Assembly: GCA_050177605.1 (NCBI GenBank)
Contig: JBFXGX010000020.1
Location: forward strand, 1 to 34,364
Length of the DNA: 34,364 nt
Reading direction: 5' to 3'
DNA from: Candidatus Izemoplasmatales bacterium
Lineage (GTDB): Bacteria > Bacillota_I > Bacilli_A > Izemoplasmatales > Hujiaoplasmataceae
Positions 26,573 to 34,364 of this stretch are shown one piece after another. The translations under genes were made by a program, and so were the position numbers. Position 1 is the stretch's first letter. Each line of letters opens with the position of its first letter. The notes under the pieces were generated by a model, which was not told the DNA's origin, did no database searches, and saw only the letters and a list, made by a program, of their open reading frames with translations.

Positions 26573-26717
26573 AAGATATCGAAGTGAATTGAATGGAAAA
26601 AAGCACCATTCGTCTTAAAACTATCGAATCAAACCACGAATGTTTTGATTGACCTTTTCATTTTAATGAATGTTTGATATAATGCATATAATATACAAAG
26701 AATATGAGGACTTCAAA

Positions 26718-27998
26718 ATGCATTTACTCAAAAGCAACAAAGACTTCGCTTTGCTTTTTTATGGGAGTTTAGTCTCTGAAATAGGAAGCACATTATATAG
26801 TTTCGCGATTGGACTTTACATTTTGTCAAGAACTGGTTCTTCGGCGCAAATGGGGATTTTCCTGGCAGTAACGGTTGGTGTTAGACTGTTATTTAGCCCG
26901 CTCGCTGGTGTGATTGTCGATAAGTGGAATCGTATCCGAATTATTTATATGGCAGATTATATTCGAGCATTTCTATTTTTAGCTGCTGGGCTTTTTATGC
27001 TCGTTGAAGATAGTTTACAAATGATTATGGTTATGCTTTATGCAATCACGGTTATTTCCAGTATGACAGCTGCTTTCTTCGGGCCGGCTGTCTCTAGTTC
27101 AGTTCCAGAAATAGTTGGTGAGAAAGATTTACAAGCCGCAAACTCTGGAATGAGTATTATCGGTAGTATCCAATCGATTGTAGGTGTATTGATTGGTGCA
27201 GCTGTCTATAGTCTTTTCGGACTGTTTTGGATTTTGATTATTAACTCTTTTTCTTTCTTTGTATCGGCCGTTTCAGAGATGTTTATTCATCCTAAATTTA
27301 AGAAAAATTCCGTCCATCAGAGTGATGATCAATCATTCAGTGAAGGACTACGATATATTAAAAAGAGAAAGGGTTTGATTTCACTTCTTCTTCTCATTTT
27401 ATTTTTGAATTTTGCGATTACACCACTCGTAAGTATTGGTATTCCATTCCTCTTCAATAATCTTTTATTAAGACAACCCATTGAACTTGCTTTATTTGAA
27501 GTCGTTTTTAGTATATCGATGCTTGGTGCTGGAATCATTATCGGAAAGCAAGTGATTCATTCATCGAATCGCACAGTAAAAAAAGCTATATTTGGACTGA
27601 TGATTGGTTTTCTCTTGATGAGTCTGTTGATTGCTTTAATCTCAAATCAACTGATCTATTACTGGATTTTCTACACGCTCTTTCTTATGAACAATGGATT
27701 ACTGGGTGTCGTGATTATCTATGTTAACATTCCAATCCAAACTGGTATTACATTGGCGGTCGAACCACATTTTAGAGGAAGAGTATTTTCAATCACTGGT
27801 AGTGTCACACAGTTAGCGGTTCCGATTGCCTTTTTAATCGGTGGTTATATCATTGAAGCCTACAGCGTGACAGTCCTTGCTTTAGCATGTTCTTTCATTA
27901 TTATGATTCCATCAATTTTATTTATTCTGAATAAAAATGTTAAAAATCTATTTAGTGAAATCGATGCTATAACAAAAGAAGCCAGAGCCAATAGTTAA
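26718..27998 (+). CDS. MFS transporter (MFS_3/DHA3, MefA-like family)
   Basis: ATG 26718 with GAGGA RBS; NKDF.LL..G..VS.IG, GVIVDKWNR, P.FRGRVFS; 12-TM pattern. Confidence 0.9.
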   Translation: MHLLKSNKDFALLFYGSLVSEIGSTLYSFAIGLYILSRTGSSAQMGIFLAVTVGVRLLFSPLAGVIVDKWNRIRIIYMADYIRAFLFLAAGLFMLVEDSLQMIMVMLYAITVISSMTAAFFGPAVSSSVPEIVGEKDLQAANSGMSIIGSIQSIVGVLIGAAVYSLFGLFWILIINSFSFFVSAVSEMFIHPKFKKNSVHQSDDQSFSEGLRYIKKRKGLISLLLLILFLNFAITPLVSIGIPFLFNNLLLRQPIELALFEVVFSISMLGAGIIIGKQVIHSSNRTVKKAIFGLMIGFLLMSLLIALISNQLIYYWIFYTLFLMNNGLLGVVIIYVNIPIQTGITLAVEPHFRGRVFSITGSVTQLAVPIAFLIGGYIIEAYSVTVLALACSFIIMIPSILFILNKNVKNLFSEIDAITKEARANS

Positions 27999-28076
27999 CA
28001 AATATTACCACTATCAAATCCATTGTAAAAGTGCTATAATAAAGAAGAAAAAACAAGTGAGAAAGGATACTATGTT

Positions 28077-29207
28077 ATGTCTGATAAACGTATTGCATTA
28101 AGTCAAAAATTAAAAGATAAACATCCAGAAAATTTAAAAATGGTCATCGGTTTTGATGGTTTCGTTGATGAAATCATTCACGCTGTTGATAAACGCCTCG
28201 ATGCCTTAACCTTTAATCGTATCGAAACAATCGAGGCATTAGCAAAAAGAATCGAAAGAGCAAGTGGACTTTCAACGAACATAGAACTCGTTCCAGTCAT
28301 TAAAAAGATTGGTGGTAATGGTCCAATTATGTGTAATGCGCTCGCTAGACATGATGCTTCGCTTACTTATCTTGGAGCGCTAGGTGTTCCAAATATTGAT
28401 GAAGTCTTTATGGCCATGCCTAAAAATGTTACAATTCATTCCTTTGCGAACAGTGGTCATACCGATGCTTTAGAATTCGATGATGGAAAATTAATGCTTG
28501 GTAAAATGATTTCATTAAATGATGTCACTTATGATAACCTTGTTTCTACCTATGGAAAAGAAAATCTAGTCAATCTTTTATCGAATACCGATTTGCTAGC
28601 AATGGTCAACTGGTCAATGTTACCTGAACTTACGAATTTGTGGAAAAAGTTACTTCAAGAAATCGTTCCTCTTCTTCCAGAAAAAACAAAAAAACCAGTG
28701 TTATTTGTGGATCTTGCAGATCCCGAAAAACGTGAAGATGAAGAAATCACCGATGCTTTAAAGTTATTACAACAATTCAATTCAAAATTCTATACCATTG
28801 TTGGCTTCAATAAAAAAGAAGCCTACGATGTCGCGGCTGTTTTAGATTTGTTCGATGATCCAAGTCTTGAACATATGCAAGTATCCTTAGAAGACCTTAA
28901 TCAAGCACTCTATGAATACTTAGCAGTTGATTCTGTTGTCATTCATCCTGTCGATCGCAGCTGTACAGTTGTGAATGGTACCTTTTTTGAAGAAGCAGGA
29001 CCTTATGTTAAAAAACCAAAACTAACCACAGGTGCAGGAGATAACTTCAATGCTGGGTTCGTCCTTGGAATGATGTTAGGTCTTTCTCCAGATGAAGCGC
29101 TTCTTCTAGGAATGTCGACTTCAGGATTTTATGTTCGAAATGCATATAGCCCTAATTTTAAAGAATTAACCCAATTTTTAGTTGATTGGGCTGAAGATAG
29201 AGTCTAA
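28077..29207 (+). CDS. PfkB/ribokinase-superfamily carbohydrate kinase
   Basis: KIGGNG, N..EA, TTGAGDNFNAG anion-hole signature; TGnTATAAT at 28032-28040; AAGGA RBS. Confidence 0.85.
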   Translation: MSDKRIALSQKLKDKHPENLKMVIGFDGFVDEIIHAVDKRLDALTFNRIETIEALAKRIERASGLSTNIELVPVIKKIGGNGPIMCNALARHDASLTYLGALGVPNIDEVFMAMPKNVTIHSFANSGHTDALEFDDGKLMLGKMISLNDVTYDNLVSTYGKENLVNLLSNTDLLAMVNWSMLPELTNLWKKLLQEIVPLLPEKTKKPVLFVDLADPEKREDEEITDALKLLQQFNSKFYTIVGFNKKEAYDVAAVLDLFDDPSLEHMQVSLEDLNQALYEYLAVDSVVIHPVDRSCTVVNGTFFEEAGPYVKKPKLTTGAGDNFNAGFVLGMMLGLSPDEALLLGMSTSGFYVRNAYSPNFKELTQFLVDWAEDRV

Positions 29208-29208
29208 A

Positions 29209-29243
29209 TAAAACATCTGAGCAAATCACTCAGATGTTTTTTC
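29209..29243. terminator. Bidirectional terminator between convergent PfkB and GGDEF genes
   Basis: AAAACATCTGAG-caaatca-CTCAGATGTTTTTT. Confidence 0.8.
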
Positions 29244-30416
29244 TTTATTCCATACTGTTAATTGGTTTTTACCATTCTTTTTGGACTCATACATTGCTTC
29301 GTCTGTTCTAGAGATGTAATGATCAATATCTTTGATATCAAATTGCTCTGTATAGCTTATTCCAGCACTAGCAGTAATTTTAATTGAATGTTCGAGCGTT
29401 TCTGAATATGCGGATTTACATGAGCGTAATATTTCCCGTGTAAGTTCAATAACTTCTTTTTCAGAACGATTCGTTAATACAAGAAGGAACTCTTCTCCTC
29501 CCCATCTTACGGCTAAATCATGTTGATTACAGGTATCTGATAAAATCTTAGAAAAATAGACAAGCGCTTCATCTCCAACGATATGACCATACGTATCATT
29601 GATTTGCTTAAAAGAATCAATATCAAATAGAATAAACGCAAGTTGTTTGGTATAAATTCCTTTTTGATGTTCTTCTCCAAGATACTCGTAAAAATAGCGG
29701 CGATTATAAATTTTCGTTAATGGGTCCGTATTGGATAGTATTTGTAATTTTGTCGTTGTATCCTCTAGCATTAATGTCTTGAGATGAATTTCATAAAAGT
29801 TCGTATAGAAAATAACACTCACAATAAACGAACAGAAAACCGCAATGGTTCCATTAGTCAAATTTAAGACGAGTAATTCTGGATCCTTTTGAAATAGTAT
29901 CATCCCAACCACAAAGAAAAAATGACCAGAGAATAATACCATCGCCATATATTTTGGCTCGATTAAGACAAGTGCTCCAATGATAAGAACAAAGACACCA
30001 TAAAGCATAATGTTACTGGACATTCTTTGATCCATGGAATTAATTAAAGCAATACATGTGATAAATACAAAAGAGACGACAATCGCAAAAAAAGTAAATG
30101 GTACATGGTTAAATGCCTTCACTTTTTTGTTCGTTAACATTCGATAACTTCGAAATGTTCCAAATAGCGAAACGGATAAAATCATCGCATGACATAATAA
30201 GTAGTAAATTCCAAGTTCTCGAACGAGCCCATTCTGAATCAAATTGGGTACATCATAAAAAGCTATTAAAAAGAGTTCGATAATGATTCCTGTAATAAGA
30301 ATAACGAATCCTCTTTTAGCATTCAACATGGTAATTCTTCTTCGAACACCATCATCAAATAATTTGCGATACTCGGGATCTATCGTTGATGATAGTCCAA
30401 ATAAACGTTTAAACAT
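29226..30416 (-). CDS. Membrane-bound diguanylate cyclase (GGDEF domain)
   Basis: ~6 TM N-terminus; DPLTKIYNRR, FDIDSFKQINDTYGHIVGD, RWGGEEF, TASAG, Y.SK..GKN; start at 30416 with GAGGGGG RBS. Confidence 0.92.
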   Translation of the reverse strand: MFKRLFGLSSTIDPEYRKLFDDGVRRRITMLNAKRGFVILITGIIIELFLIAFYDVPNLIQNGLVRELGIYYLLCHAMILSVSLFGTFRSYRMLTNKKVKAFNHVPFTFFAIVVSFVFITCIALINSMDQRMSSNIMLYGVFVLIIGALVLIEPKYMAMVLFSGHFFFVVGMILFQKDPELLVLNLTNGTIAVFCSFIVSVIFYTNFYEIHLKTLMLEDTTTKLQILSNTDPLTKIYNRRYFYEYLGEEHQKGIYTKQLAFILFDIDSFKQINDTYGHIVGDEALVYFSKILSDTCNQHDLAVRWGGEEFLLVLTNRSEKEVIELTREILRSCKSAYSETLEHSIKITASAGISYTEQFDIKDIDHYISRTDEAMYESKKNGKNQLTVWNKEKTSE

Positions 30417-30575
30417 AAGACACCCCCTCAGCATCTATACCAAAATAAGTATATCATACAAGAACGATAAACGTTAAAATTTTTCAAAAAGAACACATTT
30501 ATGTAGAAAATTCGCTAAAAAATGATAAAAAAATAAAAAACTCACAGTATGATGTGAGTTTAAATAATATAGTGA

Positions 30576-30857
30576 TTAATTTTTTCTTGTTTTTTTGATA
30601 TAAATGCTAGCATCCATCAACAACCCTAACACCAATGAAGCAATCACAGGAATCGAATAAATAAGTCCTATCATCGACCAAGGTATGGTTTGAACCTCAT
30701 AACTTGTGGTGAATGAATAACTATAGGTCGCAATGAAAATAAGTGCTAGCACGATAGCGTGAAGAAGATAACTAACCTTCTTAGAATACTTCTTTCTAAT
30801 GATAGAACCAATTAATATCGTTACAACCGTAAGAACGATTAAGAGTGTGTCTTGCAT
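30576..30857 (-). CDS. Small hypothetical membrane protein (3 TM)
   Basis: 3 bp downstream of the upstream gene; hydrophobic; terminator at ~30536-30561. Confidence 0.65.
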   Translation of the reverse strand: MQDTLLIVLTVVTILIGSIIRKKYSKKVSYLLHAIVLALIFIATYSYSFTTSYEVQTIPWSMIGLIYSIPVIASLVLGLLMDASIYIKKTRKN

Positions 30858-30860
30858 GGA

Positions 30861-31784
30861 TTAAACGATATTATTTCTTACTTCTTCATTTTGAACTTTC
30901 TTATATACGGAGACAAGTCCAAAGAGTCCAATTAATAAACCAATACCCAAGTTTTCTAATAAGATTGGTCCAAGATCCGGATCAGTATAAACAACAATAT
31001 AATTCTCCAAAATCAAACTACCTTGATTGACCACAATCACATAAGAGGCTAAAAATACATTTGTAAATAGGATTCCAAGTAAAGTAACAATGACAATAAT
31101 AAGTTTTGTCTTGTTAGTCACTTTTCCACCAAATTTCTTATAGAAGAAAAAGGCACTATAACCAATTAAAGCGGCTAGAATACCAGCATAAAAACTGGTG
31201 TAGAGCGCAAGAAGAATCCAAGGGATGGAACCAATTAAGGCGCCGATTACAGCCCCAACTGTTCCTTCAAGATATTTATTTTCTTTTTGATCATATTTCG
31301 CCATTTCCGAAGATTGATCCTGTTTTGCCTTTTCTAAACATAGATCGTGCGCTGGAAGTAAGATATGATTAATCTTGGTTGTCGCAGTCGCTCCTTCTTC
31401 ACCACAAAATGCACATTTGTTGTATGGCATTACATTCTCATTTTGTAGTCCTTCTACAATCGTATCGAGCGCAAGTATCATTTTTTCTCCACTTAACCCT
31501 TTAAAAGCTTCAAAAATATGCGCTTCTACAAGTTGATCATTGAAGAAGAATTGAAAATTTGGTAATTCTTTTTTTCTTTCTTTAAAAAAGAGTCTTAAGT
31601 TAGTTACTTGATTTTGATTCAGTGTTTCACAAGGGATAAATAAAGCTTTGTAATTATCAGCTGTGTTCATATAGTTTAAATGTTGTTCAAGGGTGATCGT
31701 ATATCCTTTAAAAGTACCATAAGCAATCTTCTTCCCTTCAGTAATAAAACCTATTTCATGTGCGAGTTTCTCTACAGTTGCCAT
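30861..31784 (-). CDS. Hypothetical membrane protein with CxxC...HxxC motif and C-terminal TM helices
   Basis: AGGAGG RBS; KCAFCG...AHDLC; Gly-rich TM segments. Confidence 0.8.
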   Translation of the reverse strand: MATVEKLAHEIGFITEGKKIAYGTFKGYTITLEQHLNYMNTADNYKALFIPCETLNQNQVTNLRLFFKERKKELPNFQFFFNDQLVEAHIFEAFKGLSGEKMILALDTIVEGLQNENVMPYNKCAFCGEEGATATTKINHILLPAHDLCLEKAKQDQSSEMAKYDQKENKYLEGTVGAVIGALIGSIPWILLALYTSFYAGILAALIGYSAFFFYKKFGGKVTNKTKLIIVIVTLLGILFTNVFLASYVIVVNQGSLILENYIVVYTDPDLGPILLENLGIGLLIGLFGLVSVYKKVQNEEVRNNIV

Positions 31785-31928
31785 AAATCCTCCTAGTATG
31801 ATAATTCATTATTTATTATTATAACAAATTTTACCTATTTTCTAAACTAGATATTTTGAAAATTTATACTTTCAAGCTTAAATAAAAAAAAGAAGCACCA
31901 GCGCTGGTGCTTATAAGAAAAGATAAAT

Positions 31929-32459
31929 TTATCGTAAGGTTTTTAAAGCTTTTGCCCACGATTCAAGTTGAGGGAAGAAGACTGTGAGGTTAGCTTTATG
32001 TAATGCTTGAGGTTTAAAAATGGATCCATTTTCAAAATCAGTAAATAATGAAAGTAAAATATGCGTTCTTATATCCGCAACTTGTAATTCACCTAAAACT
32101 CCTCTTAAGTGTTCTGCAGCTCTAGCGCCACCTGCGGATCCATAACTAATGATTCCAGCAGCTTTGTTATTCCAAGGTTCCTTGGCTAAATCTAGCGCAT
32201 TTTTTAAGGATGCTGGCATACTGTGATTGTACTCTGCTGTCACGAAAACGAACCCATCAAGTTCTCTTAATTTTTCATTCCATTTAATAATACCATCCAT
32301 CTCACTCGATGTTCCAAGGAATGGTAGATGATAATCCTTAATATCTACTATTTCATAATTTGCTGTTCCGTATACATTCGCTTGTTCTAAAACCCAAGCT
32401 CCTACTTGTTCGCTCACTCTACCTTCTCTTGTGCTTCCTAAAATAATACCTATTTTCAT
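31929..32459 (-). CDS. NADPH-dependent FMN reductase (flavodoxin-like)
   Basis: ILGSTREGR, DGFVFVTAEYNHS..A.LKNALD, W.NK, SYG..GGARAAEHLR. Confidence 0.93.
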   Translation of the reverse strand: MKIGIILGSTREGRVSEQVGAWVLEQANVYGTANYEIVDIKDYHLPFLGTSSEMDGIIKWNEKLRELDGFVFVTAEYNHSMPASLKNALDLAKEPWNNKAAGIISYGSAGGARAAEHLRGVLGELQVADIRTHILLSLFTDFENGSIFKPQALHKANLTVFFPQLESWAKALKTLR

Positions 32460-32463
32460 ATAC

Positions 32464-33291
32464 TTATTCTCCTTTGTATGTTAATTTAATTTTTATTTTT
32501 AATGGATCTTCAAGGCAAGTGAAGTCTCCATCTTGCTCCAATTTGATACTGTTTCTAGTAAGTGTTTCTTTCACTACTTCTAATTCTTCTTTTGTTTCAT
32601 AATAAATGACAAATTCTTGAATATCTGTGACTTCTTTTTGATGTTCCTTCATTCTTTTATGGTTCCATTCGTTCACTGCTAAATGATGATGATATCCATT
32701 AAAAGACATGAAGATTGCACTTCCCATATCTAACGTAATATTAAATCCTAGATACTTGTAAAAGTTAGAAGCCTTTAAAACATCTTTTGTTTGAAGGTGA
32801 AGATGTCCAATGATAAAATTGAATTCATTCGCACCATCTGCTTTATCGAGTAATTCCTGGGTATCAAGTGGTAAAGTATCCATTTGAATACTACTGCCCA
32901 TATGTTTCCAGTTGGAGTCATCCGTATCTGTATAGACTTCAATACCGTTTCCATCGGGATCTTCTAAATAGATAGCTTTGCTGACAAGGTGATTACTTGC
33001 ACCAACAAATCGGAAGTATTGACGATTTAAGATGAGCCAATTGGCAAGTTCCGTTTCACTCTTAAGTAAAAATGCGATATGATATAGACCTTCCTCGACT
33101 GGGTGTTCACCATTACTTTTTACTAGCGTCACGAGCGCTCTATTTTGACTTCCTAAGACAATCTGAGAATCTGTTTTTGATAATAGTTCTAGTTGCATTA
33201 CATTCGTGTAAAAGTCTTCTGAGGATTCAAGATTTCCTACCGCAACAGTTACACTTTGAATCATTGATTTTGGATAATGATAATTATTCAT
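32464..33291 (-). CDS. VOC-family ring-cleaving dioxygenase, catechol 2,3-dioxygenase CatE-like
   Basis: GLYHIAFLL, GASNHLVSKAIYLEDPDGNGIEVY.D, IGHLHL, GYHHHLAVNEW. Confidence 0.88.
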   Translation of the reverse strand: MNNYHYPKSMIQSVTVAVGNLESSEDFYTNVMQLELLSKTDSQIVLGSQNRALVTLVKSNGEHPVEEGLYHIAFLLKSETELANWLILNRQYFRFVGASNHLVSKAIYLEDPDGNGIEVYTDTDDSNWKHMGSSIQMDTLPLDTQELLDKADGANEFNFIIGHLHLQTKDVLKASNFYKYLGFNITLDMGSAIFMSFNGYHHHLAVNEWNHKRMKEHQKEVTDIQEFVIYYETKEELEVVKETLTRNSIKLEQDGDFTCLEDPLKIKIKLTYKGE

Positions 33292-33303
33292 AATTTCACC
33301 TAC

Positions 33304-33316
33304 TTACTTTATGTAA
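33304..33316. promoter_or_regulatory. YodB/CatR-type operator TTAC-N5-GTAA
   Basis: TTAC-TTTAT-GTAA just downstream of the minus-strand TATAAT (33325-33320) of the catE-like operon. Confidence 0.65.
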
Positions 33317-33400
33317 CCTATTATACTTTAGTAAGTTTATTAAGTAAAGTAATTTGCTTTTTTTTTGTAATGTAGTATAATGTTTATGTGAGGTGATATC

Positions 33401-33703
33401 ATGAATGATGAAATCTGTCCTAAGTTTGAAAAAGCAACCTTATTATTAAGTAAAAGATGGAATGGGCTGATCGTTAACCAATTACTATTGCGGCCAAAAC
33501 GATTTGGTGAGTTAGAATCCGAGATTACTTTAAGTGCTAAAGTTCTGTCGCAACGACTAAAAGAACTTGAAGAAGTGGGCATCATTAAACGAAATGTGTA
33601 TCCAGAAACGCCAGTTAGAATTGAATATGAACTTACTGAAATGGGAAGATCATTAAATCCAGTAATGAAAGCAATCGAAAACTGGTCTACGACTTGGCTA
33701 TAA
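33401..33703 (+). CDS. HxlR/DUF24 (MarR-type) redox-sensing regulator, YodB/CatR-like
   Basis: N-terminal Cys6 (ICPKFE), L.KRWNGLI, RFGEL, LSQRLKELE, PVRIEYELTEMG; divergent from the catE-like gene. Confidence 0.92.
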   Translation: MNDEICPKFEKATLLLSKRWNGLIVNQLLLRPKRFGELESEITLSAKVLSQRLKELEEVGIIKRNVYPETPVRIEYELTEMGRSLNPVMKAIENWSTTWL

Positions 33704-33709
33704 TCTTTT

Positions 33710-33737
33710 AAAAGCACCGAAAATGGTGCTTTTTTTT
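33710..33737 (+). terminator. Intrinsic terminator
   Basis: AAAAGCACC-gaaaat-GGTGCTTTTTTTT. Confidence 0.75.
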
Positions 33738-33797
33738 GTATAAAAAAACACCAATTTCTTGGTGTAGTTTATAACAAAGAATAAAGTTCTTCTCCTA

Positions 33798-34049
33798 CTA
33801 GAGATGTTTTTGTGCTTTTTTAATCTTGAAATAGCGAAAACTATAAAAAATTAAACTGCTTGTAGATATAAAAGCACATCCAACAAACACAACAAAGAAA
33901 AAGATAAAGGCGAGTGCCTCATAATGAACACCCTCGGTAGCGGGACCCAGCAAGTGAATGTAATATCTCATTAATAAAGTTGCGAGAATGAAAAAAACTG
34001 AAAGAATTGCTTTGATGATGAAGATAAATTTGTTAAATGGTTTTAGCAT
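33798..34049 (-). CDS. Small hypothetical membrane protein (2 TM)
   Basis: GAGGA RBS, TGnTATAAT upstream (~34110-34118), two hydrophobic helices. Confidence 0.6.
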   Translation of the reverse strand: MLKPFNKFIFIIKAILSVFFILATLLMRYYIHLLGPATEGVHYEALAFIFFFVVFVGCAFISTSSLIFYSFRYFKIKKAQKHL

Positions 34050-34228
34050 CTCTTTGTCCTCGAAGAAGTAATCAAAAAATAATATATATTGTAACTTATA
34101 TCTTTTATTATTATACCATATAAACTTTGAGTATTGCTATGATCTCTATGATACTTATCAATGTTACACTCTCACGATATTAAATAAATAAAAAAACACC
34201 AAGAAATTGGTGTTTTTGTTGTCATTCA

Positions 34229-34304
34229 TGGTGACCTGTACGGGATTCGAACCCGTGAATGCATGCGTGAAAGGCATGTGAGTTAACCGTTTCTCCAACA
34301 GGCC
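34229..34304 (-). tRNA. tRNA-Glu (anticodon UUC)
   Basis: GGCCTGTTGGAGAAACGGTTAACTCA-CATGC-CT TTC AC-GCATG-CATTCACGGGTTCGAATCCCGTACAGGTCACCA. Confidence 0.96.
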
Positions 34305-34311
34305 ATGTAAA

Positions 34312-34364
34312 TGGCGCCCCAACTAGGACTTGAACCTAGGACCCCATGATTAACAGTCATGTGC
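34312..34364 (-). tRNA. tRNA-Asn (anticodon GUU), 5' part outside the window
   Basis: ...CATGA-CT GTT AA-TCATG-GGGTCCTAGGTTCAAGTCCTAGTTGGGGCGCCA. Confidence 0.9.

Noticed and set aside
26512..26717. T-box leader for gltX
   Set aside because: The predicted promoter is only ~30 bp from the start codon and no T-box sequence is present.
2103..33717. Other short overlapping ORF-track entries (e.g. 2103, 3843, 5737, 6809, 7365, 9735, 13106, 14785, 16144, 16672, 20504, 22891, 23811, 25290, 25726, 26253, 27329, 30283, 30845, 33072, 33340)
   Set aside because: They lie inside or antisense to well-supported genes and show no recognisable motifs.
24774..34304. Two co-oriented tRNA-Glu genes as attL/attR of a genomic island
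   Set aside because: Both are full-length with different anticodons and compensatory stem changes; the interval contains gltX and no integrase.
1..34364. CRISPR array, IS element, prophage or UGA-Trp recoding
   Set aside because: No repeat-spacer periodicity, transposase or phage genes; TGA ends several intact genes and Trp is encoded by TGG.

Overview
AT-rich bacterial chromosomal window. It uses genetic code 11 (several genes end in TGA) and most genes lie on the minus strand. The InlB-B-repeat lipoproteins, Bacilli-type SigA promoters, GGAGG ribosome-binding sites and tRNA style suggest an Acholeplasmatales/Izemoplasmatales-like organism (inference). Housekeeping content is gltX followed by tRNA-Glu(CUC), plus tRNA-Glu(UUC) and a partial tRNA-Asn. 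Accessory content includes a BspA-LRR lipoprotein, GNAT, GH16, Nudix, an adenylate-forming enzyme plus membrane acyltransferase pair, an APH-like kinase, a thioesterase, MFS, PfkB, GGDEF and a YodB/CatR-catE-like-FMN reductase module. Four things stand out. (i) A LysR-preceded four-gene operon embeds malic enzyme among a membrane alpha/beta-hydrolase, a 1323-aa GLUG/Ig-repeat lipoprotein and a CBM-SGNH lipoprotein; a second SGNH lipoprotein with five unrecognised ~120-aa repeats lies nearby behind a perfect LacI-type operator. (ii) A promoter- and terminator-bounded ~165-nt structured non-coding transcript lies at 2711-2880. (iii) gltX is apparently co-transcribed with a C34 tRNA-Glu. (iv) Two real genes are missing from the ORF track. 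No transposase, integrase, CRISPR array or rRNA was seen. All calls come from reading the sequence; no database searches were run.
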